In this document: positions 10,139 to 19,296 of the stretch, in pieces
How positions within the stretch are numbered: position 1 is the stretch's first letter
How the letters are laid out: each line of letters starts with the position of its first letter
From: a virus
Taxonomy: Duplodnaviria > Heunggongvirae > Uroviricota > Caudoviricetes
Reading direction: 5' to 3' (one strand)
Virus record (IMG/VR): IMGVR_UViG_2703718829_000008
Coordinates: 1-43,438 of that record
DNA length: 43,438 bases
The notes under the pieces: model-generated
Seen by the model: the letters and a program-made list of their open reading frames with translations, nothing else
Told to the model about the DNA's origin: nothing
Databases searched by the model: none
Translations under genes and position numbers: made by a program

Positions 10139-10606
10139 ATGGCATGTCTTAGCAAGGAAGAAAATGAAATCATCAATGTAGAATTTAAAAAAGCATCAGC
10201 AGATGAGTTGCTGATAATCAAGAAATTAATTATCGATGTTAAGAACCATAAAGGGCTATACCAAGATGTCGTAAAGAATGGCGCAGACCTCTACAGTTCA
10301 AAACTTGACATCATGAGAGAAACCGGCTTAGAGGAGATGACCTCCGGTATTCTTGCGAGAACGCTTTGGGGTATCACGCGACCAGAAAAAGAGAACACAA
10401 GACACCTAAGGGTCGGGATTAATGAAGCTGAGTGGTGCTTTGTGGAATGCATATGTAGACACCCCGCTCACCGCCTTCTTCATGGAAAGAAATACGCCAT
10501 CCGCAAAGGAATGAAGATTGGTTTTTTCAAACACATCCACCCTGGACAACTTGTAGGGTGTGGATGTTTATCTAGCCCCATAATTCCAGGATTAAAAAAC
10601 ACTTGA
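10139..10606 (+). CDS. Hypothetical protein co-transcribed with mnt-like repressor
   Basis: 155 aa, AT-rich, SD GAGG upstream, 24 bp after mnt-like stop. Confidence 0.4.
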   Translation: MACLSKEENEIINVEFKKASADELLIIKKLIIDVKNHKGLYQDVVKNGADLYSSKLDIMRETGLEEMTSGILARTLWGITRPEKENTRHLRVGINEAEWCFVECICRHPAHRLLHGKKYAIRKGMKIGFFKHIHPGQLVGCGCLSSPIIPGLKNT

Positions 10607-10965
10607 TAGCGGCCGCAAAGCAGATTGCCACGAAGTTGTTTGCAAAAATACTCCATGACAAGTTAGGACTTGAATAAGTGCTCATGCCGTGCTGATAGCT
10701 CTACTAGCAACTTCATCGCTTCTACCGCGTCTGCCGAGGTTGATTTAGGTGACGCAACAATGGACCTGAGTGTGCTCTATAAACTACACAGGGATAGAGA
10801 ATATGCCAAATTTAGCTTTATCACGGCGGCTAAGTCTGTTTCATCATGGTTTGCGAGTTTGTCTGCTTCTCCTGGGGTATACCCACTCGCAACCAATCGT
10901 GCGTGCATCATCTCTTTGTAAGAGTGTTCAATTGCTTTCATGATAATAACCTATTGGTAATAACT

Positions 10966-10995
10966 TAAAAAAACCCACCTGACGGTGGGTTTTAT
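10966..10995. terminator. Bidirectional rho-independent terminator
   Basis: A7-CCCACC-TGAC-GGTGGG-T tract between convergent genes. Confidence 0.55.
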
Positions 10996-11414
10996 TAGTG
11001 CTTGTATAGGTTGAACTCTCTATCAAGCCATATAACAAAAAATGTCGATCCAAGACGATAACCAACCATGGCTTTCAAATCATCAAATCTAAAAGCCAAG
11101 AAATGATCTACGTCTTCCGTTATATGACTGGGGATACCTGCTTTAATTGCACACCTTGCAATCTTCTCAAATCCAAGCTTATGCCTACCTTGCTGCTTAA
11201 TCTCTGCCCATGTTAGTTGACTTAATCTGTATAATTTATCAGCTAAGCCAGCTTTCTCATCTTTTTGGCATTTCGTTATGCAGTGAGAGCTTTGGATGTA
11301 ACAGAATGAAAATTTCGGTTTCTTTTGATCTGAATTCCCCCCTGACTGCGGCCCTAACTTTAACTTACCTGTAGATTCAGCAGGGGGGATAATCCTTTTA
11401 GATTTTCTTGCCAT
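10995..11414 (-). CDS. Putative toxin partner of Panacea-domain protein
   Basis: Start taken at MARKSKR, 4 nt after upstream stop; basic N-terminal region; C-terminus (VGYRLGSTFFVIWLDREFNLYKH) reminiscent of RelE/YoeB-type strands. Confidence 0.35.
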   Translation of the reverse strand: MARKSKRIIPPAESTGKLKLGPQSGGNSDQKKPKFSFCYIQSSHCITKCQKDEKAGLADKLYRLSQLTWAEIKQQGRHKLGFEKIARCAIKAGIPSHITEDVDHFLAFRFDDLKAMVGYRLGSTFFVIWLDREFNLYKH

Positions 11415-11418
11415 CTCG

Positions 11419-11868
11419 TTAGTTAATCCGAGTTGCAAAGTACTCTGCCATCTCCTTAGAGCTAATTTCAGAACCACCAACACCCTCAATATAGTTTGAT
11501 CTCCATGGTGACTCTTCGTGTGTCATGTTCCTCAGTTTCCAGGCAGAAAATTGCCCAAAAACATCCCAGACTTCTTCTAATAGCTCTAACTGTTCTTCGC
11601 TGAATTTTTCAGCATCAAAAGACTCTGGAGAAGGGATAGCGCCATTACCATATTGTTTATAACGGCGATAAAGCTCAGGAACAACAGGGCCATGCATCCA
11701 GGCTTCCATCTTATTCTGAAAAAGAGGCTCGCCAAGCAACGCCAATGAAAAACCCTGAGCATAGTAAACAAGCTTTTGTAATTTTAAATTAGAGATTGTG
11801 TCACCGCTATCCTCGTCACACCGCGACAGGAAGTAGTCGGCGACATCAAAACAAGTAAGCATGAACAC
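11419..11868 (-). CDS. Panacea-domain (DUF4065, SocA/GepA-like) protein, putative antitoxin
   Basis: 149 aa; 'NLKLQKLVYYAQGFSLALLGEPLF...EAWMHGPVVPELY' matches the DUF4065 pattern as I recall it. Confidence 0.6.
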   Translation of the reverse strand: MFMLTCFDVADYFLSRCDEDSGDTISNLKLQKLVYYAQGFSLALLGEPLFQNKMEAWMHGPVVPELYRRYKQYGNGAIPSPESFDAEKFSEEQLELLEEVWDVFGQFSAWKLRNMTHEESPWRSNYIEGVGGSEISSKEMAEYFATRIN

Positions 11869-12286
11869 ACCTCCATCTTGATAGCCACAGCTAAGTATCC
11901 AACTATGTCAAATGTCATTTAATACTATAACAAAGCTATCAGCAATCCTTCGGAGGCTAACTTACAACCACTTTAGCGACATGTTTAAACCATTACGTTT
12001 CACATTTACTGCATTTTCGCTGAAGTTACCTATAAGGTAATGTCACATTTCCTGCAAGTTTCATGCAATGTTGAAAAGTGAGCTATTCACTTTTCTATGA
12101 CACCAAACACCAAAAATAGCACTTTTTGCTAAATCATTCGTCCAAGTTGTGGATGGTTTGTCGTTGACACGTTTTCACACACCACTCCACCAATAAAGTA
12201 TCATCTGCTATCCTACGCAAAACTAACTGTTGCGTGTTTTTTCTTCATTTAATGGGTAATTGAAATAACCAATACGGATCTCTAAA

Positions 12287-12688
12287 ATGAACATCTTAAA
12301 ATCTACCATCTCAATCCTCTTTCTGCTAAGCCCTTCCGTGTGCTTCTCGTCTGGCGGCCTTACTTCACATCAAGTTTTAGTGGATTGCAACAGAGCTTCA
12401 TCGTCCTTGGTTAGCTCCTATGAAAAGGACGTTCCATTGCAGGAGTCCAAAAGGATGGACCTCATACAGACAATATCCCGCGTATGCCAAGGTGCATACC
12501 AAAACGCTTACGATGGCATGCAGTATGAGGACATTGAAAGAGAGGTTTTATCAAGCGCCAAAAAACAAAAGAAAAATCTTCAAGGAGAAAGCAAAAAAAA
12601 TACCGAGAACAGAACCGGGCTAGTTCTTTCCGCCATTCAGGTAGGGTATTACATATACCATAATGGCGGTCTTGATAATAAAAAATAA
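12287..12688 (+). CDS. Secreted hypothetical protein (signal peptide)
   Basis: 133 aa; hydrophobic N-terminus ISILFLLSPSVCFSSGG; AT-rich; preceded by a 418-bp AT-rich intergenic region. Confidence 0.4.
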   Translation: MNILKSTISILFLLSPSVCFSSGGLTSHQVLVDCNRASSSLVSSYEKDVPLQESKRMDLIQTISRVCQGAYQNAYDGMQYEDIEREVLSSAKKQKKNLQGESKKNTENRTGLVLSAIQVGYYIYHNGGLDNKK

Positions 12689-12708
12689 TCGTCATTATGA
12701 CATGATCG

Positions 12709-14526
12709 TTAAGGTGTTACACCACTAGAAAATGCCGCGTTTGTTGATACCCGGCTAACTTGCTGATTGACACTTCTGGTAAGAGCATCAACTGTTGTCG
12801 GGTTACTGTTAACAACTACCGTGCCAATAGTTGTACTGCTGCTACGGCTGTTGTCAATTTTTGATGTTGTCTGGCTTGGTGTTGAGGCGATGCGTTGCAG
12901 CTGCTGATAGTAAGCCAACGTCTCGTTTTCTTTTGCATTAAGAGCGGCGCGAATCTTTGGCACATATTCTCGCGTCTCTTTCGGTAAGGTGTTCCAGTAT
13001 TTGGATGATGGTGAATCAAACCCGGTACTGGATATATATTTTAACTTTTTGTCTACATTGCCCATCCCCCAGTTGTAAGCCATCAGCGCATGATTAACAT
13101 TGCCTTTATAGTGCTTTAGCAAATCCCTCATGAACCTTTCAGAAGCAGCGCGAGATTTTACCTCATCAAGACGCTCATCAATCCCATCACCGACCTTTAA
13201 CCCGTACGCTATGGCAGTATCCTTCATGAACTGATACGGACCAACAGCACCTTTCGGGCTGTAAAGTTTTTTACCACCACTCGATTCCACCTCACGAATG
13301 GCATCAAGAAGAGAATCCATGCTTACAGGCTTTACTCCGTCAGGGAGAGGGATATCTGGCTGAATGTTATTGCCATAAATCTCATCTCCCCTACGCCCAA
13401 AATCGGTGTCAAACCCCATGCTGCGCATGGTATCTCCAAGTTCACGCTTAGAGTAATCAAAAGATCCTTTAGCTGCACCCTCAATGTTTTCCCTGTCATT
13501 GTAGAGGTACAAACCATATGCTATTAACCCAGCCAACCATGGAGGAAGGGCGCCGCCTGTAAGTTTGCTTCCTACATATGCTGCTGCCAATAGCTTCAGA
13601 GCCTCTTCCGCGCCACCAACTGCCTTTGTGAATTGCTTCGTCATATTCCCGGCGTCATTGAAAAAGCCAATGATGTCGCCATGATGTTTCTCAATCCAGG
13701 AACCAAAAGCCTTCATTCCGTCAATAACGTCAGGAGCGAATGCCACGGCTAAATTTTGCTTTAATCGGGAAAACTCTGAATCAAGTTGCCCAAGAGTGGC
13801 AGCAACCTTCTCCTGCTCTTTTACCTGCTGTGCTGTAATACGGGATTTCTTTGTTTCTGAATCGACAAGCTGCTTAAGTTCCCCTGATTTTATTTTAGCG
13901 GCATCTGTCGGATCGAACCCTGCGGCAGCCATCACCTGCATCAGGTTTTCTTGAGAATGAGTCTTGCCATAGCGAGAAAACTCAGCAAGAGCCTTGTTTG
14001 GGTCGCCGAGCTTATTGATATCTAATCCGGTACGAGCGCCAAGAACCAGCAAATTTTGGGCAGCGCCAGTAAGCCCTCCCATAACAGTTGGATCGGCAAT
14101 ATTTGCCAAAGCCATTCTGGCATTCCCAGAAGATGAAATGAACGAGTCACCGTTAAGACCAGCCTGGCGAAATCCCCGCTGAACACCAAACATCTTATTA
14201 ACATCAGAACCGAAAAACTTGGCCTGTTGACTGGCTCTCACGATTTCGTTGGCAGTAGATGTAAAAAGTTGCTTGATTCCATACAACCCGGCGCCAATTC
14301 CCAAAAATCCAGCGGCTGCGGTTGTCACGTTGCGGAAAGCTGAAACAGCGGTTTTACCGAACCTCTCCGTTTCCTGCCGCTGTTTTTCAAGTTCCTTTAG
14401 CCTTTCCTTCTCAGCCCTGGAAAGATCTTTGTTTAATTTACTAACTTCATCTTTTACTTTCCGTTTTCCATTCAGGAATTCATCGGCCTTAATTGTGACC
14501 TTGTAGGCCAACTCATTGATAATCAT
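12709..14526 (-). CDS. Tail tape measure protein with lytic transglycosylase (SLT) domain
   Basis: 605 aa; coiled-coil N-terminus; 'EVESSGGKKLYSPKGAVGPYQFMKDTAIAYG' SLT-like motif; follows frameshifted chaperone pair. Confidence 0.55.
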   Translation of the reverse strand: MIINELAYKVTIKADEFLNGKRKVKDEVSKLNKDLSRAEKERLKELEKQRQETERFGKTAVSAFRNVTTAAAGFLGIGAGLYGIKQLFTSTANEIVRASQQAKFFGSDVNKMFGVQRGFRQAGLNGDSFISSSGNARMALANIADPTVMGGLTGAAQNLLVLGARTGLDINKLGDPNKALAEFSRYGKTHSQENLMQVMAAAGFDPTDAAKIKSGELKQLVDSETKKSRITAQQVKEQEKVAATLGQLDSEFSRLKQNLAVAFAPDVIDGMKAFGSWIEKHHGDIIGFFNDAGNMTKQFTKAVGGAEEALKLLAAAYVGSKLTGGALPPWLAGLIAYGLYLYNDRENIEGAAKGSFDYSKRELGDTMRSMGFDTDFGRRGDEIYGNNIQPDIPLPDGVKPVSMDSLLDAIREVESSGGKKLYSPKGAVGPYQFMKDTAIAYGLKVGDGIDERLDEVKSRAASERFMRDLLKHYKGNVNHALMAYNWGMGNVDKKLKYISSTGFDSPSSKYWNTLPKETREYVPKIRAALNAKENETLAYYQQLQRIASTPSQTTSKIDNSRSSSTTIGTVVVNSNPTTVDALTRSVNQQVSRVSTNAAFSSGVTP

Positions 14527-14741
14527 CGCTGCTCCTGATGTTTATTCCAGACCCGCTTGTTAAATGATTCCACCGAGATAATTTCCAGAAGGTTATACAT
14601 ATCACGAACAGATAACCGTTCCTGCAAATCGGTATAAGTGGCTTTTCCTGAACAGATAATGGCGTTCATTGATGGTGTGACGTTTACGGGGCTAACGAGT
14701 TTTGCCGGAAGAGTCTCCTCCTCCATGAACGGGTACTTCAC
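14523..14741 (-). CDS. Tail assembly chaperone -1 frame extension (T-like part of G/GT)
   Basis: ORF in -1 frame relative to upstream chaperone, starts GTG; reached from slippery site at 14756-14762. Confidence 0.45.
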   Translation of the reverse strand: MKYPFMEEETLPAKLVSPVNVTPSMNAIICSGKATYTDLQERLSVRDMYNLLEIISVESFNKRVWNKHQEQR

Positions 14742-15145
14742 TCTCCGGCGATCGTTAAAAAATCAAAATTGACTTTAAATACCTTATCCATTACCTGACG
14801 AATGGTTGATACCTCTTCAAAGTCGACAGGCTTCACGGTTCGCACCTGTCTGCTGCCTTCGTGTGTAATCACAATTTGCACAGTTGACATCAGGCGATCA
14901 CGAAGTTTTCTGGCGACTTCCGGCGATGCAGCAGAAATAACATTCAGACCAAGGGTGGCAAGGCCAGCGCACCCCATGGCAATAACATCAGCAGGAATAC
15001 CAGAGAATCCCGATTCCCCCATGGAGCGGAATAAATCCTGTGCCAGTTCGTCGGCATCCCATGCCGACATCTCTGTGATAATGAACTCCTTCCCATTGTC
15101 GCGATTATCGTCTTCCACGATAAAGGGGATTTCTTTACGTGCCAT
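14738..15145 (-). CDS. Tail assembly chaperone (G-like)
   Basis: 135 aa acidic protein between tube and tape measure. Confidence 0.5.
   Translation of the reverse strand: MARKEIPFIVEDDNRDNGKEFIITEMSAWDADELAQDLFRSMGESGFSGIPADVIAMGCAGLATLGLNVISAASPEVARKLRDRLMSTVQIVITHEGSRQVRTVKPVDFEEVSTIRQVMDKVFKVNFDFLTIAGE
14756..14762 (-). promoter_or_regulatory. Candidate programmed -1 ribosomal frameshift site (T_TTT_TTA)
   Basis: Heptamer lies 6 codons before the chaperone stop; -1 reading continues ...FFNDRRRVKYPFMEEE into the downstream ORF. Confidence 0.5.
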
Positions 15146-15579
15146 CAGATAGTGCTCCGTGTTACAGACTCAAAGTGAAATACTGCCGGGCGTGGTTGCA
15201 GTACGCGCCGACCCGGAGGAGTTGGAGTCCATGTATAAAGAACCCCGTTCACAAAATTCCACTTCGCGCCGAGAGCCGGAACTGTAAGCACCGCATTACA
15301 CTGAAACGCTGAAATTGCAGTTCTCTCCGCTGCATACCAGTCATCAATCAGCGAGCCAGCATTGGATGTGGGCATCAGGTTGATGGTGAACTCTGTCGGG
15401 TTAAAGATAAAACCAGCATGGTATTTACCGTCCGCTGACATCATGTCTTCTTTGTTCTGTAGTGCGCCAGTTTCAAACATGTTATCAGCTGCGTAGTCGT
15501 CAACATCAAAACCGCCAGGGTAGTAAGCGGGTACGACGATTCGCAGCTTACTGTTTGCCGAGGTGATATCTATAGGCAT
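15145..15579 (-). CDS. Tail tube protein
   Basis: 144 aa, immediately downstream of sheath-like gene. Confidence 0.4.
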   Translation of the reverse strand: MPIDITSANSKLRIVVPAYYPGGFDVDDYAADNMFETGALQNKEDMMSADGKYHAGFIFNPTEFTINLMPTSNAGSLIDDWYAAERTAISAFQCNAVLTVPALGAKWNFVNGVLYTWTPTPPGRRVLQPRPAVFHFESVTRSTI

Positions 15580-15590
15580 GATTTATTCCC

Positions 15591-17081
15591 TTATAAAATC
15601 GCGGTTGAGGACATTGTGATGGACTGGATTAACTGACCATCGACATAATAAAAAATGACACCTTTCAGATCGCGCTCAATGCGTGCAGAGCCTGACTGTG
15701 TCGGGATGTACAGGAACCAGCCCTGTGAATACAGCGTCGATGAGATATCTTTTCCAACTGTGTTATTCACAATTCTGGTTTGCGCATTATCAAGTTTCAC
15801 GCCACGCTGAATAGCCCCGAAATTGAGAGCCTGTTCAGCAACATCAATAACAGCAGCAGAAACTGCGCCGTATCCTGTCTCATTGAACGGGTAAGACTGG
15901 TTATTGGTGAACAGGTTGGCAAAAGCACTAACCAGATTGGCATTAATCCATACCTGATTAATAAAACTGTCCAGCCATACAAACTTGCCAGTAATGGCGC
16001 CATCAGATGCGTACTGCGCCATTGTTTTGTTCAGGCTGTATGAGCCGTAGAAGTTGTAACCGTTTGACTTCAGTGCCTGAGCGGTCGCCAGATCGCTTAC
16101 GTTGGGTGCTAACCCTGAAAATCCACGGAACTTGAACGAGATACGCCCATTGGTGCGTGCAAAATCCACGGATGCAGCATATGCCAGTGCTGTAACGCTA
16201 TACAGGTATGTTCCGTACACCGGAAAAATGTTCTCGTAGCCATTTGCCACAACCACTTTCTGCACAAAGCAATTGGCATTATTGGCTACCGTTCCTGCTG
16301 AAGTGGTGTCGTGAACAACATATCCAAACCGGTTTTTACTGCTGCTTGCCCATGCGCACAATTCTGTTTTCTGGTCATCGGCCAGTTCGACCAGCGAGTT
16401 AAACAGGATCCAGTTCTGGTTGACGTTGATGATGTTGTTCATCGTGTCTGTCAGAGTTACCGCATCAGAACCCGGTGATACAATCGCTGCGGAATCCTGC
16501 GTCAGTAATAACCCGGCAGCCAGAGCGCCAGCAGAGGCATAAGACACTTCACTCTCTGCGCCAGTAGTGGCAGAGCGAATGATGAATCGGTTAGCGATTG
16601 GCAACCATTCAACCACCACCTTGCTTGCACCAATTCCAACCTGCAACTTGGACGCAATGTCACTAAAACTTGTGGCTGTGGACAAATCAATTGATGTGCT
16701 GGTAGTCGACTCACCGTCAATGGAAAGGGTGATTGTTCCTGCTGGAATCGCTTTCAGTGTTGCCAGGGCAACACCTTTCAGGTTGCCGGACAGAAGATAC
16801 CCAGCCACTGGTGAAGTAACAATACGATACATCAGCAGTTCACCAGGAATAACGGATGAATTTTCGTATCCGTTAAAATACTGTTGTGCTGCGAGGAATT
16901 CTTTCGATTCACTCCCCATCAAAGCTGATACATCAGATGAGGAGTAATAAGATTGTACCGCGCCAACCGGGATAAGCTCGTTATCGGTCAACATCAGGCC
17001 GTTAGCATCAACCGCAGAACCGGCAGGCGTAACGACATTGGGCGTGATATTAAAATCTACAGATAAAGGGATTGTGCTCAT
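15591..17081 (-). CDS. Tail sheath protein
   Basis: 496 aa, size and synteny (sheath-tube-chaperone-tape measure). Confidence 0.45.
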   Translation of the reverse strand: MSTIPLSVDFNITPNVVTPAGSAVDANGLMLTDNELIPVGAVQSYYSSSDVSALMGSESKEFLAAQQYFNGYENSSVIPGELLMYRIVTSPVAGYLLSGNLKGVALATLKAIPAGTITLSIDGESTTSTSIDLSTATSFSDIASKLQVGIGASKVVVEWLPIANRFIIRSATTGAESEVSYASAGALAAGLLLTQDSAAIVSPGSDAVTLTDTMNNIINVNQNWILFNSLVELADDQKTELCAWASSSKNRFGYVVHDTTSAGTVANNANCFVQKVVVANGYENIFPVYGTYLYSVTALAYAASVDFARTNGRISFKFRGFSGLAPNVSDLATAQALKSNGYNFYGSYSLNKTMAQYASDGAITGKFVWLDSFINQVWINANLVSAFANLFTNNQSYPFNETGYGAVSAAVIDVAEQALNFGAIQRGVKLDNAQTRIVNNTVGKDISSTLYSQGWFLYIPTQSGSARIERDLKGVIFYYVDGQLIQSITMSSTAIL

Positions 17082-17593
17082 GGGCGGTTATCCACCTGTT
17101 CAGTTGAAATTTCTGCTTTGTCGAAATAGTCCTGCTGGAACGACACGGTGATGTGTGCTTGCAGGGAAAGAGTTAACGTGTAACGCTCCTGCCACTGACT
17201 CTCGGCGTTGATCATCGGCGCCTGAATGGCAGGAGATGAGTAAAGCGGTGCAAGCCGTGCATCAATAGCCTTGATGATGTCGTAGCCATATCCACTGGTG
17301 AATGTTGTTTCCAGTGCAATAGCTCTATCCCCTGCCCCCTGACCATAGATATCTACCTGAATATCAGCCTGGCGAACTTCCGTATATCCCATGGTGCTTG
17401 TGTCCGGAGAGCCGGTATCTTGTTTAAGCTCTCTCGTAGTGGATAGTCTGGTGAATCGCAAAGGAGTCAGGATACAGAACTGATCTTTGGGCATTGGTAC
17501 ACGGTTAGCCTGAGCCTGCAGGCATTTACCAGCGATAGGTTCTATGTAGCCAGCAAGTACATCGATAATATTATCGACAGTGAAATCATTCAT
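17078..17593 (-). CDS. Tail completion / head-tail joining protein
   Basis: Start at internal Met (ATGA overlap with upstream stop); track ORF extends to 17626. Confidence 0.3.
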   Translation of the reverse strand: MNDFTVDNIIDVLAGYIEPIAGKCLQAQANRVPMPKDQFCILTPLRFTRLSTTRELKQDTGSPDTSTMGYTEVRQADIQVDIYGQGAGDRAIALETTFTSGYGYDIIKAIDARLAPLYSSPAIQAPMINAESQWQERYTLTLSLQAHITVSFQQDYFDKAEISTEQVDNRP

Positions 17594-17967
17594 GGGCTTA
17601 CCTGCAATACAGCAACCAGTCGGCACCAGTCAGGCCACAACTCTATTGGCTCAACAACAAGCCATTGTTCCCCGTTAATCACGAAGATATCTCCGCCCTG
17701 CTCCAGTTCTCGCTGAACACTGAAGTAATTACCATTGACGTAAATCACTTTTGCCAGCCCCTGAATATTCAGTCCATCGACGTGTTGCATGTCGCCGCGA
17801 CTGATTGGCTGTAGTTGAATGGTAACGTTCTGGTCAGGGAGATAAGACGGAATCGGCTTGCGACCGGGGCCGATAGTTTCACCTGCATACTTTTTCAGGA
17901 TTGCCGGGATGTTGGGGTTAATGCTTGTGATCGCGTTATTGGCTATCTGTCGAAGATTCAATTTCAC
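17590..17967 (-). CDS. Head-tail joining protein
   Basis: 125 aa, synteny. Confidence 0.3.
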   Translation of the reverse strand: MKLNLRQIANNAITSINPNIPAILKKYAGETIGPGRKPIPSYLPDQNVTIQLQPISRGDMQHVDGLNIQGLAKVIYVNGNYFSVQRELEQGGDIFVINGEQWLVVEPIELWPDWCRLVAVLQVSP

Positions 17968-18502
17968 CTACCTCATAATCAACAGCCCTTAACATGTCCC
18001 CGGTCCATATGAGAGGCTTGTTGTTGCTCATATCAACATCAACCTTTTTCACCGGACCGAAATAGCCCGGACCACCAAAAACATCTTCTCTGGCCTTCAC
18101 TACATCCCACTTAGTCATTTCCGCCCTGTTATTAGGGAATCTACTTCTTAGAAGTACTGTTACCGGGCTTAATGGCGGCTCTTGAATAGTTCGAATGGAT
18201 TCCTGAATGTCTGCTTTTATGATCTCGCCGATAAGATTCAGAACAGTATCCGTATCTCCGTCATGCGATTTCATGAGCTTTTCGACCTTTTCTGACCACT
18301 CTTCAGATTTAGAAGCTATAGCATTCCTGAAGAATGGCCTTGGCGGACTTCCACTTGCCGGGTTACCAAATTCGTTAGATGCTGCAACCATTGGCATAGA
18401 AGTACCATCCGGATAGGTGGCATCTTCAAGAAACCCGACCTTCAATTGCTTTGAGGACAACTCACTACCAACTGAATCAAGGAACTCCATCACCTTATCC
18501 AT
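17936..18502 (-). CDS. Head-tail joining / neck protein
   Basis: 188 aa, synteny. Confidence 0.3.
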   Translation of the reverse strand: MDKVMEFLDSVGSELSSKQLKVGFLEDATYPDGTSMPMVAASNEFGNPASGSPPRPFFRNAIASKSEEWSEKVEKLMKSHDGDTDTVLNLIGEIIKADIQESIRTIQEPPLSPVTVLLRSRFPNNRAEMTKWDVVKAREDVFGGPGYFGPVKKVDVDMSNNKPLIWTGDMLRAVDYEVGEIESSTDSQ

Positions 18503-18933
18503 CAGTACCTCCGGTAATACCCATACGGGTAATTTGATGGAGAATGCCCGCTTATATACTGGAAGGTGCGAAACGGCGCCGTAGCATTCCAGTAATCAGC
18601 CCCGTACTTTGTTTGCATGTACCATGCTGAATTTGCTGTTCCCCCTGGCATATCGGCATGAACGCTAACTGAACCCTCTGAAGCACTGTCGATTCTTCCA
18701 ACCAATCCGGATGGAGACTGCCCATTCGCTCCTGAATACAAACAGGCGATATGGGCAACCAGCATATTCAGCAGCATTGAGCGTACAGCCAAATCCGACA
18801 CACGACTTGAGTCTGTGTTATCGAGATAAATGGTTGCTTGCGTGAAATACTGCTGAAGAAGTGCGTCGTCGACAGATGATAATTCAGGATAGCGTAGCTT
18901 AAATGCGGAGGGGTCAAATATTACGACGCCCAT
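18502..18933 (-). CDS. Head completion / connector protein
   Basis: 143 aa, synteny. Confidence 0.3.
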   Translation of the reverse strand: MGVVIFDPSAFKLRYPELSSVDDALLQQYFTQATIYLDNTDSSRVSDLAVRSMLLNMLVAHIACLYSGANGQSPSGLVGRIDSASEGSVSVHADMPGGTANSAWYMQTKYGADYWNATAPFRTFQYISGHSPSNYPYGYYRRY

Positions 18934-18945
18934 TTGCTGCTCCCG

Positions 18946-19293
18946 CTATTTTTCGTCAGCCTTTTTTACGCCCGGAGCCGGATTTTCCGGGTCAAGGCCT
19001 TCAAGGCCAGTTTTTGATTCTTTCAGATCTTTACCCTGCGCATTCAGACTGCGAATATCTTTCTGAATGAAGATTGCATTGTTCTGAATATACGCGGCAT
19101 CCTTATAGGTCTCGATGAACTTATCCATGAAGTCTTTCTCGACCATGGTAACTCCGAAAGCCCCCTCAGGAATTGCACCATCAAGACCACGGAGGGCGGT
19201 TGTTGCCGCCCCGTTCAGGATTACTGTTTTGCCATCCAGAGTTACCTGAAGGCCATTTGGCAATTTGCAGCCAACGCTTACCGTTTCTGCCAT
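18946..19293 (-). CDS. Hypothetical head protein
   Basis: 115 aa downstream of major capsid gene. Confidence 0.3.
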   Translation of the reverse strand: MAETVSVGCKLPNGLQVTLDGKTVILNGAATTALRGLDGAIPEGAFGVTMVEKDFMDKFIETYKDAAYIQNNAIFIQKDIRSLNAQGKDLKESKTGLEGLDPENPAPGVKKADEK

Positions 19294-19296
19294 GAA

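Noticed and set aside
10670-10921. 83-aa + strand ORF downstream of the mnt operon
   Set aside because: Ser/Ala-rich product typical of antisense translation; region is better explained by terminator and spacer sequence. Not reported as a gene.
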